Below are positions 1 through 12,641 of a stretch of DNA of 64,000 bases, one piece after another (the stretch's first letter is position 1; each line of letters begins with the position of its first letter). The DNA is from Octopus bimaculoides (taxonomy: Eukaryota), in assembly GCF_001194135.2 (NCBI RefSeq), contig NC_068983.1, positions 140,501,569-140,565,568 on the forward strand, written 5' to 3'. A model generated the notes under the pieces. The model saw only the letters and a list, made by a program, of their open reading frames with translations, did not search any database and had not been told where the DNA came from. The translations under genes were made by a program, and so were the position numbers.

Positions 1-148
1 TTCAGCTCTGTCTTCAGTATTGCTCTCACCCTGCGATAACATTCTCTTCTGATCTTTTCCCTCATCACTGAGTGCTTGATATTGTCCCCTTCAATTACCC
101 CTAGGTATTTGTAGCTCTCCGCTGGTTCTAACTCTTTTATGGCATTTT
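1..148 (-). mobile_element. R4/Dong-like non-LTR retrotransposon fragment (RT C-terminal region), 5'-truncated, runs off window
   Basis: Reverse strand reads QNAIKELEPAESYKYLGVIEGDNIKHS, then after a shift KIRRECYRRVRAILKTEL; YKYLG motif. Abuts a (TAA)n tract. Confidence 0.6.

Positions 149-149
<1 letters not shown>

Positions 150-211
<62 letters not shown>
150..211. repeat. (TAT)n microsatellite
   Basis: Direct reading, followed by a short (ATC)n. Confidence 0.97.
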
Positions 212-212
<1 letters not shown>

Positions 213-249
213 CATCATCATCTTTATTCATGCTTTGAGATGACAGAAT

Positions 250-571
250 GTTTGAGTAAGCCGGGAAAGTGCTTAACGGCTTTTCGTTGGTTTTTGTGTT
301 ATCAGTTCAAATTCTGTAGAAGTCAACTTCATCGTTTATCGTTCCGGGATCGATAAAATAAGCACTACTCTAGAGAACTGTTATTGATTTCATCCTTTGT
401 TCCTATGTTAGAAACGATAGCTCTTTGCGTGAAAATAGCAGAATCATTGGCATACTGGACAAAGTGCTTAGTGCAATTCTTTAGTCTGTACCATTTGAGT
501 TCAGGTTCCACCAACGTCGATTTTGTCTTTAACCTTTCGGAATCGATAAAATGAGTACCAGTCAAATACTG
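250..571 (+). mobile_element. Two degenerate copies of tRNA-derived SINE family A
   Basis: 250-366 and 432-571 resemble the reverse complement of the 18184-18410 SINE (gagttca B-box, tcgataaaat-agtacc tail). Confidence 0.6.
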
Positions 572-1138
572 TTTACGATGTAAGGAAAGGGCCTTCCCCT
601 AACAATATTTCAGGTTTTGTGTCTATAAGAGAATTGATTATCATTTGCATATATTCTACATTTTCAGACTTTTACTATGAAGCTGTTTTCCATCCCCCCA
701 AAAATGATTTAGTGTTAATTATTATTATTATTCATATTTAATTTCTGAAATTGCTAAATAATTATTTAGAAACATTCATCCATTTGCCCTTACAATGAAT
801 TTTGGTGGTGATACGAAATGAATATACCGTTATAAATTTAACAAAGGAATGATAATGCTATTGATGTATTAAATTATTGACGTTATAATTAATTTAATTT
901 ATTAATACCATTATTAATTCGTTAAATTAATACCATTATTAATTTTATAAATTAATAATGATACGAAACTGGAATAATATAATAAATTAATTACATTATG
1001 CAAGCTTTTATTATCATTATTCATCTACTATGAAAAGGCGCTTAGAATATTTTTTCGTTACTACATTATTTTACTATTGCTGTCATCGAACTATGGCAAT
1101 AGTATTATATGTGTGTGTGTGTGTGTGTGTGTGTTTGT

Positions 1139-1184
<46 letters not shown>

Positions 1185-1270
1185 NNNNNNNNNNNNNNNN
1201 NNNNNNNNNNNNNNNNNNNNNNNNNNNNNNNNNNNNNNNNNNNNNNNNNNNNNNNNNNNNNNNNNNNNNN

Positions 1271-1314
<44 letters not shown>

Positions 1315-1609
1315 TATATGCATGAATGTATGTATGTATAACTCAAACTTATATTATTAGTTCCTACGTACGTTTCAGCATTAAGCTTGCTTGTTACTCT
1401 GCATGGGATATTCCAAATGCATTTTGTTCATTAACCAAAACGGATCATCGATCAACATTTTATTGCATTAAGATAAAGAGAACGTAGGCATTAATGATAT
1501 AAATTGCGTTTAAAGTAATTTCTCCTACAAGTGCTCCCAATGTCATAAATATTAATTTCAAATTTTGGCACAAGGTCAGTAGTTCTGAGACAGGCCACAA
1601 GGCAATTAA

Positions 1610-1757
1610 AACGACTCCAGTGCTCAAATGGTACTTTTTTTATCGATCCCGAAAAGATAAAATGGAAGAGCAACTTCGGCGGAATTTGAACTCAGAACGT
1701 AAAGACGGACGAAATACTACTAAGCATTTTGCTCGCCGAGCTAACGATTCACCATCT
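1610..1757 (-). mobile_element. tRNA-derived SINE family A
   Basis: ggcggaatttgaactcagaacgtaaagacggacgaaatactactaagcattt nearly matches the 18184-18410 copy. Confidence 0.85.
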
Positions 1758-1810
1758 CTCTGCCTGCCACATATAAATATTAATCATTCTAAGTAGAATA
1801 GCTACATATA

Positions 1811-2544
1811 CAGAATGTGTTGAATAAACTGTCGTCTAAATTACGTAAAACCGAAAATAACTCTGACATTTCAGTTTATTACTTATATTGTCAAAAACTA
1901 CATAAAAATATCTTGGAATAACTAAAGAGTAAATTTATTGAATATAACCGCCATTGGCTTTAACCACGGCTTCCACATGACTTCAGAATATCCTGCAACA
2001 CATCTGGACGGTCTCCTTGTTTACATCGATGAATGCTGCCATAAACCATGCCTTCAGTTCATCTTTGGTGTTACAAAGACTTTTGTTGATCTCTGGCTCA
2101 ACTACACTCCACACATAACTAAGGGTATTGCAGTCTTGTCCCAGGGCAGCACTACTTCCTCCAAACACTTGATGTAGGCCTCCGTTTTGAGTGTGAGGCC
2201 GTGTAAGAACATGAATGGAGGCCAAACTTCGCCATCACTACTGCTCGCTCCAAACAACATGATGTTGACAGAATGCTTCATTCTTATCACACTATCTACC
2301 TGTCCTCTGATTGTACTCTCCTCTGAAATGTTTTTACCTCAGCTTCCGACGTGAATGACAAGCGAGCAGTACAGTATGTCATTCCCAAATCTCTGGGAGA
2401 GTGAATTCCGTCATGATGTTGTTTTCTCACAGACGGTGCCCAATTGACCTTACTATACTGTGTAGTTGACAAAATCAAAAGCAAACAATGCATATAAGCG
2501 AAATAAAAAATATAAAATGGCGACAATTTACACATCGCAAGCTG
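1811..2544 (-). mobile_element. Internally deleted Tc1/mariner (maT/DD37D-like) DNA transposon
   Basis: Imperfect 26-bp TIRs (CAGAATGTGTTGAATAAACTGTCGTC vs reverse complement CAGCTTGCGATGTGTAAATTGTCGCC), TA at both sides (1809-1810, 2545-2546). Transposase remnants LTLKTEAYIKCLEEVVLPW and CNTKDELKAWFMAAF..VNKETVQ; the catalytic D-D segment is deleted. Confidence 0.8.
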
Positions 2545-2759
2545 TATGTATGTGCGTGTATNNNNNNNNNNNNNNNNNNNNNNNNNNNNNNNNNNNNNNN
2601 NNNNNNNNNNNNNNNNNNNNNNNNNNNNNNNNNNNNNNNNNNNNNNNNNNNNNNNNNNNNNNNNNNNNNNNNNNNNNNNNNNNNNNNNNNNNNNNNNNNN
2701 NNNNNNNNNNNNNNNNNNNNNNNNNNNNNNNNNNNNNNNNNNNNNNNNNNNNNNNNNNN

Positions 2760-2791
<32 letters not shown>

Positions 2792-2793
<2 letters not shown>

Positions 2794-2895
2794 CCATGTT
2801 TCCCCGAAAATAAGACCCGGTCTTATGTTAATTTATTAATTATGCAATCAAAACACGCACTACGGTTTATTTTCAGAGGATGTCTTATATTTTTT
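2792..2895. mobile_element. Terminus of a Tc2/pogo-like DNA transposon
   Basis: taccatgtttccccgaaaataagacccggtcttatgttaattt resembles TcMar-type terminal sequence; no matching second end found. Confidence 0.5.
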
Positions 2896-2929
2896 TCTCT
2901 ATCAATATTTCTCTTCTTATGAAGTTCTG

Positions 2930-3800
2930 ACTTGCAATAAGTCCTGCTACATCATTGATAGATAGTGCATTGAACCTTCTTTCATGATCTCCAACAGGTG
3001 TCTTATTAGCTCTAATGACTAATCTCTAGTTTATCACTCTGGGGAGCAGATTTAAACTCTTGAACATATGGATTCGTTTGTTGAAGTAATTCCTGTAAGT
3101 TCAGACTTGTGCTTAGTTTCAAATCCCGGAAGAGATTATATCTTGTCTCAGCTTCGACTTGGTGATTTTCCAAAACATAGGTTCAATGAAACTTCTGGGG
3201 TTCATTTGGCAGAGGCTGCAGACTGCCAGTCCGATGGTATACTTGTCCTTGGATTCTAAATATGGTCTGCCATCCAGGCAGAGTTGCATCATTTGCTAAA
3301 AAAAGAAGTCATTGCAAATGCATTATTGTAAGCTCTAATCATGTTCAGGAAAATTCAGCCAACAATGACTTGAGTGATTCTGATGGAGCTGGAAAGTCCT
3401 GTAGTTTGATCTTTCCATTGGAGCAGCAGAAGCTTTGGGATTGATCCGTAAACTTCAATGCTCCACAATAGATGCATTGTTTTTTTGGGGATTTTCCAAC
3501 AATCACAATATGTAGGGAGGAATAGACTTGAATGGCTTCATATTGAGAAACAAGTTTCTCAAGTTGGACTACATTCTGTCTTGATCATCTTTGCTGTACA
3601 GCATTGGAAGCTCTCTTGATTTCTGCTCTTACTCTTCTCATGTTGGCTACATTGGAAGCGCTCCTAGATTTAGCTTATTGATGTGTTTCTTATACCCTTT
3701 CTCTGCTCTTAGTAAGAGCATTTGATGCTCCCCCGGATGCTGCTTATTCAAGAGTTTGAGAGTCCCTAAATCTTTGCATATTCTCCACATTGGAAACTCT
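2930..3800 (-). mobile_element. Helitron Rep/Hel N-terminal region remnant
   Basis: Minus strand: QSFCCSNGKIKLQDFPAPSESLKSLL, PGWQTIFRIQGQVYHRTGSL, IRANKTPVGDHERRFNALSINDVAGLI, matching blocks I recognise from Helitron proteins; many stops. Confidence 0.75.
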
Positions 3801-6531
3801 TTTGGATGCCATATGATCGGGGTCTTAATTAAACGAACAAATCAAGCATGTTACAATATACTTTGTACAATATATAGTTTAATCTGTGCTCTTTGATCTG
3901 ACATAAGTTCAAACATTTGATATGCCTCACAAATGAATGCATAATGCATCAATATGAACGTACAGGATCACACAAACACATCGACACACGCACATATAGC
4001 TTATGTATATATTCATATGTATAGATACGTCGATATATATATATATATATATATANNNNNNNNNNNNNNNNNNNNNNNNNNNNNNNNNNNNNNNNNNNNN
4101 NNNNNNNNNNNNNNNNNNNNNNNNNNNNNNNNNNNNNNNNNNNNNNNNNNNNNNNNNNNNNNNNNNNNNNNNNNNNNNNNNNNNNNNNNNNNNNNNNNNN
4201 NNNNNNNNNNNNNNNNNNNNNNNNNNNNNNNNNNNNNNNNNNNNNNTATATATGGGTAGCTTAGTCAACGGTGGTGGTCCAGCATGATCGCAGCTTTGAA
4301 CCTGAAACATTTTAGAATAGTTAAAATAGCTAAAATAATATCAAATGTTTAAACTTATGTCAGATCAAAGAGCACAGATTAAACTATATATTGTACGAAG
4401 TATATTAGAAGATGCTTGATTTAATACAATTCAATGCTTAATGTCATTCTGCAGATATTCTTCTGCTTTTTGTAGTTTAAATCAATATATCATTATATAT
4501 ACTTATTGTTGAACGTGACACCAGCTTTCAATAGTTGTTTCAATGTATATCCCAGGAATGCGGGGCATTATACCACCACCAAAGAACCAGTACATTGCAA
4601 ATCCTGCATTTCAACTTGGTGCTTTCTTCAAATTTACTTAGATGAATTAAACTGTTTGCAGGTTGATACAGAAATTACGCATCGCGTAACTGGAGTGAAA
4701 TCATTATTTCTGAAATGCTGTCATTCCCGTCGGTACTCCTCTGAAAGGGATTAGGTAAACTACGTATAACTTCATGATATTTAACCTGTTATTCTTCTTA
4801 ATGTAGCTAAGTGTAGCAAGACAAAAACGTGTTACATGGACGATATTGCAGGTGACAAATCTAACAATATTGCCGGTTTGTGAACAAATACATATTTATC
4901 ATAAAAGCATATACACAAATAAATCAACACATACATGGTAGAATTCAGAAAATGCATATTGGTCATGCTTACGTTTATGATAATGTTTATTAGTACAGAA
5001 TATATTGCTACTGAATGGAAGAAATTAGTATCAAATTCCTTGAAAAGACAATATCGAATCCAGCCTTCAATTACAATTGTAACGCTGCGTTCGAAAAACT
5101 TTGAAAGCTCGAAAATCCAGGAAACAGAAAAAAGAATTCATTTTAACAAAATAAAAATAAAATTAGATATCTATATTATCAATACTAATAGAAGCAGGAC
5201 TTGTCATAGACTATCAACGTCTTCATCAGGAGTCACTTTCCAGCGGATGAAACGTTAATGAGGAAGTGTTCATTTTAGGTGTCTGTCATCATTGATATCG
5301 CAAATAATGACAGACAACAGATATTATACTATAACATATTTACTATAAGTTATAGTAAAACCTCTCGATACTGTTTTAAATGGATGTTATCATCTTCATA
5401 TGGATGTAGACTACTTCTAGAGACAAGACATATATACATAACATTTGATAATATTCTAAAGGATGGACAATCCGAGAAAGCTAGATATATAAAATTAATT
5501 CTACCCAATTTGCTTGGCAATGAAAACTATCAAAAAGGGAAAATGAACGTATGCATTTTACTGGTAAAAGGTTGATTATTTATACACATGTGAACGTTAA
5601 CATGAATGGCTTTCTTCTGAATGTTTACATAAATACCGCCGAGGTTGGCTTTACCCCTATCATCTCGGTATTGATAAAATAATTACCAGTTCAGCACTAG
5701 GTAATCGATATATCCCCTTCCCTAAAAATTAGTGACATTGTTCCAAAACTTGAAACCATCATTATCATTGCAAGATATAGTTTGCAATGATCCCACGTTA
5801 TCGAATTGTTTTTGTATATAGTTACAATTCTAACATATATTCCTGTTGCTAGAATCGCAATATGTATTTAGTCAACCCTTAATCATTAAAAGCTAAGAAT
5901 TGTTCAAACATTTTAATGATGTATATGTATAATGATTTTATCTCGAACTGTCATCTGATCTCTTTCCCGCGTACTAGATTTATCATAGGCAAGACAAATA
6001 AAATACTGTAGATTACATCAAATTCTTGATACTGCTAGCATCCATTGAAATGATCCATCCCAGGCAAATAAAATGTTAATTGCATTCTGATGTAATGCAA
6101 TAATATGTGGCATGTTTAATTTTTGAACCACAATTTAGGTGCCCAGATATCGATTCATTTTATTACCCACCAGAAATCAGATATTGTTAGTATGATAAAA
6201 TACATGTAGCGATATTCGATATCCGACCAGATCTCATGACAGCTTCGTAAAGCGAGGTCGTTTTAGCCCTGTAAAAAATAGCGATGCACCCATCTGGCCT
6301 TTCAAATGATTGCCCATATTCTGATCTATGAAACTAACGTCATGATTTTTACGGTTAGAATAAAGGTCAATATCTGTAGATGTTTTGTGAATAATTTTGC
6401 ATATACCCTGATCTATTACATATAATTTGGTTCTACAATTTAGTTCTATAATTTAATTCTACTATTTCGATAGTGGAATTTTATCTTGACAGCCGATTGT
6501 TCGAGACTCACTGAGAAGCCCAATCTAGATT

Positions 6532-6859
6532 AAACTGGAACTCCGTCGCTTACGACGACGAAGTTTCAGATGATCCCATCAACAGAACGGCCTACTCGTG
6601 AAATTAACGTGCACGTAGCTGAGCGCTCCACAGACACGCGTGCACTTAACGTAGTTCTCAAAGGAATTCTATGCCACATAGAATGTGACAAGGTTAGCCA
6701 TTTGAAATACAGGTATTACTCATTTTTCTCAGCTGAGTGAACTGGAGCAATTTGAAATAAAGTGACTTGCTCGAGGACACAACGCATCACAGGGAAACGA
6801 ACTTGCGACCCTGTGATTGCGAGCTGAATACCCTAACCACTAAGCCAGGCACCTTCACA
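6532..6859 (-). mobile_element. tRNA-derived SINE family C (variant with CORE-like middle), with 11-bp TSD
   Basis: caatctagatt at 6521-6531 and 6860-6870; tRNA-like head at right end; 3' part shared with 12262-12641. Confidence 0.85.
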
Positions 6860-9249
6860 CAATCTAGATTGCTTGTTACATTTAATATCACGCGCGCATT
6901 TCGGTATTATTTACTAACAATTGAACTTATCAATAGGTACAACGTTGCTATTTCGAAGAGTAAGCGTTCTCTGTTGCACAAGTAAAATATATATATATAC
7001 ACGTACGTGATTGTGTATACGTGTATGTGTATGTGTGCTGCTTCAAGCCAGCTCCTTAAGAAATCTTCTTCGCATGTTTAGCCTATTTGCTTTTCACGAA
7101 GAAATGTCTTTAAATCACATTTTAATATTTCATTTAATACCCTTTTCCTTTATTTACAATATTTGTTTATTCGTATCTCAAGCTATTCGACGTATGCTAT
7201 AACTAATGTAATGTTTCCTTTGAGATTAGTCGATTTTAAATGCATAAACATGATATTTACCGGCAAACAGGAGGGAGAGCTATACATGTTTTCTGCTTAA
7301 GCTTGAATAAATCTATATGTCAAACATACTGCTCTTAAATATAAATATTAGCATTGCTATATATATATGCATTATGCAAATTTAAACATCGTTTGATATA
7401 TGCATTTGCCTTCACAATGGATATCAAATGATTCCACAGATATTTGAGCATTAATTTTGTATTGAATGTTGCATTAATTTTGCAGGTATTTCAACTTAAT
7501 TTTGTATTGCGTACGTTCTTCTTCTCATAGCAAGTAAATTGAATCAATAGCATCCTTTTACAATAATACAGACACAGACCTGACTTTATTCGGAAAAGGT
7601 TGATTGCCTATTGTCGGATCAATTTTCGTATCACTTCGTAGTATTTACTTCTGTTTTGGGTGGGGGCTTCAAATGTCATGATCTATTGAATTTCAAATAT
7701 ATTCCGTCATATCAAACAAGGAAATTAATGCATAATTGTGAAGTATTTTCATAACTCCTTATCAACGTGAATAGGAAAACTGTTATCCTTTACCAAATAG
7801 TTTATTCCAAAAAGACAGCAGCTGATCGGTAAACAAGGTTTTAGGAAAATCTTAGTGGTTAATTTAATAATTTACACTGATACAGCGTACAGGCACTCAC
7901 ACATTAAATACAAGTAAAATATTAGATATTGCTTACATCTGATTATCAATTAAAGTTGCGTTTTATCCTTCCGGTATGAATCAAATAAAATATAATTCCG
8001 GAGGAGCGGATTAGTGACATTATGAAAGCGCTGGGCAAACGATTTGAATTATCTGCTCTAACCATTTACTCAACGATTGCTAAGGCAGTTTTGTTGATCT
8101 ATCTATATTCAGCAAACTAGAGAGTGTCTTGCTAAAACATCCAAATGAAGCCAAGTCAGCAAATTGGTTTGGAAGAAAACATTTTATCCTCTCCGGGAAT
8201 TTTATAATGCCCATGAGCAGATACTGTGGGAAATTATGATGCAATTCATATAAGTAAGATTTCTATTCAAAAGACCAGCATACATATGTACAGAATAAAC
8301 ATCAATCTTGCTTTTAGGTATATTTCATAGATTTCGATCGCCCCAGATATACATACATGTAACTCTACTTACTTACTTTACTATATAACGGTTTTCTTAA
8401 CCGATATTGTAAGGAGTTTCAATATGTTCATGTCGTTACAACCTGTTTATACACATGCAATTTAAGGGCAACTTTTAATGTTGTCTGTTGTTTGCTGTCT
8501 GCTGTGAATTAATGAAACTTGACCTTGAAGAGATGCACGACCCTATATTCTTATCTCTGGCAAGAGTGAGTCGGGATATTGCATTGAAATGTGCATAGGT
8601 TATTAAACAAGTTTTTACTATGGATTGCGTTATGGCTCTTATTTAAATTGATATATATATACATATATATATATATGCATGTATGTATGTATGTATGTAT
8701 GTATGTATGTATGAATGTATGTATACATTGGGTGCGCGTGACCACGTGTGTATGTTTGTATGCATAAATATTGCGGATGGTCTAGAATGCATCGTCAGTG
8801 ATGTTTCTCAGGTCCCAGTGCTTTCGGACCTTTCAACATCAGACCATTTCACCCATTTCACCCTACCAATTTTGATCAAGTCCCGCCTTACAACCCAGTC
8901 GCAGCCAACCAGTGGTTTTCCCTTTTTTTCTAAAGCCATTTAATAACCTCCTCTACAATTCCAGTGATAGGCTTTATAGTTATTCCTGAAATGACACCGC
9001 CGCAATCGCACTGAGAACACTCTCATGCCATCGGTGGTAGTGGAAATCGGCTAAGTGGCTGGAGCAGCTGCTGAAAATTTGTTGAATGAGGGACAGGATG
9101 CATTTTTGCCCTCTGTGTGAAGTTTGTGATTGGTAAACTGTTGTAGGCATCTTGGATTAGAAATCAGAAACACTGGATGTCGGATATGTGTGCGTGTATG
9201 CCTGTGTTTGTGTGCGTGTGTATGAATTAAGGCTACCATTGATTTCATG

Positions 9250-9560
9250 TTCAGAAAATTAGGAAAATATCTTAGTCGCTTAACAATTTTTCAAACCGAT
9301 CACGTAGAGAAAAAGTATTCACCTCCATTTTGGAAAACACATCCTGGATTAGTTCGCAGAGATTATCGTGAATGCTACAATGAATCGAGAGGCATTACGC
9401 CAGGTGTTGTATATCGTCAATCCGATACACGTCTTTGGTACTCCGTTGGTGTCTGTGATCTTGGCCTTGTATGCTAGTTCTTTCCCGCGACAGTTGTTGT
9501 TTAGAGGGCAAAAGTTTGGAAATCTGAAGTTGCATTGTCTTTCGGGGGTGTTATTTGGTG
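9250..9560 (-). mobile_element. Penelope-like GIY-YIG 3' fragment
   Basis: Minus strand CPLNNNCRGKELAYKAKITDTNGVPKTCIGLT resembles the CPL..CL..SIVYKA..TYIG start of the Penelope endonuclease. Confidence 0.55.
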
Positions 9561-9947
9561 TGTTTCTATTTATAGTGATTTAGTGTTGTTGACACTATAT
9601 TGACTAGACAACTATAGCTAAACTTACCAGTATTTCTCTTGAAGATCTTGTGATATATGTGTAAATGTTGAAAGTGGTTGTAAATCAATTTTACGAGTTT
9701 CTTAGGCTTGTTAGAAAATCCCTACCTATGTTAGCTACATTCCTGTTATAATGTACGTTAAACTAAAAGATTTTCCTCACTGCGTCTTCTTGGTCTATTT
9801 ATATTGGGTTCAATCCAGACATAAATAATACTATATGCATGTATTATTATAATACTATATATGTGTGTGTATGTATGCATAACTGTATGTACATATGTGA
9901 GTATACATGTATGTATGCATTAGTTGTTTTGATCCACACACACACAG

Positions 9948-9979
<32 letters not shown>

Positions 9980-10065
9980 ATATATANNNNNNNNNNNNNN
10001 NNNNNNNNNNNNNNNNNNNNNNNNNNNNNNNNNNNNNNNNNNNNNNNNNNNNNNNNNNNNNNNNN

Positions 10066-10096
<31 letters not shown>

Positions 10097-11847
10097 CCTT
10101 ACATACCTGCACACACACTTATATATGAACACGAAGTTTGTGTTTATAAAAAATATAATAATTTGAAAAGTTTATAAGGCCACATTCATACATGTGTCAT
10201 TGAGTGAAAACAACGTTCTCCAGAACAATGCTACAAATCAGAAAACTTTCTGCGGCAGCACTACTGCTTAGTATATTTGAGTGTTACTGATGTTGTACAC
10301 TTAGACCAAATTAGGGAAATAAATCCACATCGTTATCCTATCACGCTGACAAAATTTTCAGCTCCATGAATATTATTGCAACGAAAGTATAATGAATCTC
10401 AGTTTAGCTCTAAGGATTATCAGGTCTTCCTCAAAAGGAAGGATTCAGCCATCAAATTCCATCCACTCTGGCTAATATCCGCACGAAATCGCTTGACAAA
10501 TATTTCCTACGTAAAAACTCTGTGTGAGTATGCCATTTCTGATATGCTTTTTTAACAATGAGAAGTAAGTCTTTCACTCGCTTATCTTACTAACCTCTCA
10601 TATATTTTTAAAAAAAGGTTCCAGGGGATGATTTGAATTTCAACTTGTTTGTTGTGTTGGTAAACTCAACTTGTGTGCATCTTTAATGATAATCTTCATG
10701 CTTTAGGAGAGCATTTATGTAAAGTTAACCGATACATTTTACCGAAGAAAATTATTAAAATCTGGAATCCGTGAAACCTACTGCATTAGTGGAAATGCTC
10801 ATCGGCAGAGAAAATATATTTTGTGATCAATGAAATTTACTGAAAATCTGAAAAAATCATTAATCGTATCTTTGATTTTGAATAGGGCTAAGTTCTTTTA
10901 CTGTTTACAGAAATAATTTTGCAATTGACATCAGACGTACTAATATAACAGTTTTTGCAGAAGACTCTAAGCACTTGACTGTCCCTCAATGGATTAGATA
11001 TCAGTAAAAAGATAGAAATAGCTATTGTACTTAGAAGGCATTTTCAATTAAGTCGGAAAAGCTCCACGACGTATCAAGGAATATCAGGGATTGAAGTGTA
11101 ACACTGTCGATATTACCTTAATCCAGAATGAGCAAATTAACAATAAAGTCAAAATGGTCCGAGAAATATGCTTTGGGACCATAGAAGTTTCCAGTGCTGA
11201 GATCCTGATACCACCATCGTCCGCGTCAGTTTTAATTCTGCTGCCCACTTATTCCCTTTCAACAAACCTAATCATTATGAGAAGTGAAGGAGGATAGTAG
11301 TAGAATCACAAAAAATATAACTACAATAAATGGCATTAATATCACAAAAATCTTTTGTCTTAAACATTGCCTTGAGGGTTGCAACATATGTGAAACGTAA
11401 AAAATCCAATCAACATTTATAGAAGGATACACAGTTGGATTTTACTAGACACCTAAAGCTTGAGACCAGACTCCTTTAACAGAGTCACTTCCTTTAAAAG
11501 TGTCACTTCCTTTATCAGAGTCACACTCAAATTATTTAGCAACATTCTAAATTAACAATTTTCTTTCATTTGGTACTACGATATTCAACAAAGCAAACAA
11601 GAAAGAAAATTACTTTTTAAAAGTACCAGGAAAAATTCCTCCAAGAAATAGTAGGAAATCTACTGACACCTAGATACACTTTGTCTTATGAAAACAGAAA
11701 TATACATTATGATATAAATATGTCTCAAATGATGTTGTGCTGTCAAATTTAACACAGCCCCCACTTTCAATAACCGAAATCTTAATCACAAGTTTATACA
11801 TACGTACACATGCACAAATACGGCCATATATATATACATTCATATAT

Positions 11848-11900
<53 letters not shown>

Positions 11901-12261
11901 CATGTTACGATTTGTGTATATACATATAACAATGTGTTGGGAGCGGCTGAAGGTATGTGAACTTTATTAATATGACATATTTATTGTATGCATGGAATTA
12001 AGAGTATTTTCACAGCATTTAGTTATTCAAATATATTAAGTATAACATTTGTTTGTTTGTGTGACTGTGTGTATGTACTGTGGGGAGTGGTATAAGTAAA
12101 GCTACAAAGCATTTTCTTCTTGGCTATTTTCCATTGTATGAAGGAAAAAGGATTTACAGCATTAATAAATGTTTTTGACAAATCCGATATCTCTTATTGG
12201 CACGATTATGATTACCACTAGGTAAATTAAGCGTAGACTGTCTAATTTTGACATGATATGT

Positions 12262-12641
12262 TGGCATTCCGTCGCTTACGACGTCGAGGGTTCCAGTTGA
12301 TCAGATCCACGGAACAGCCTGCTCGTGAAATTAAAGTGCAAGCGGCTGAGCACTCCAAAGACACGTGTGTCTTTAACGTAGTCCTCGGGGATATTCAGCG
12401 TGACACAGTGTGACAAGGCTGACCCTTTGAATTACGAGCACAACAGAAACAAGAAGTAAGAGTGAGAGAAAGTTGTGGTGGAAGAGTACAGCAGGGTTCG
12501 CCACCATCCTCTGCAGGAGCCTCGTGGAGCTTTTAGGTGTTTTCGCTCAATAAACACTCATAACGCCCGGTCTGGGAATCGAAACCGCGATCCTCCGACC
12601 GCGAGTCTGTTACCCTAACCACTGGGCCATTGCGCCTCGAC
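12262..12641 (-). mobile_element. tRNA-derived SINE family C, full length, with 15-bp TSD
   Basis: tttgacatgatatgt at 12247-12261 and 12642-12656. Minus-strand head aggcgcaatggcccagtggttaggg...ggtttcgattccc carries Pol III A and B boxes. Confidence 0.92.

Noticed and set aside
9005-9060. Hammerhead-like words ctgagaa...gtggaaatcggcta
   Set aside because: Core and stems I and III do not fit; at best a decayed remnant.
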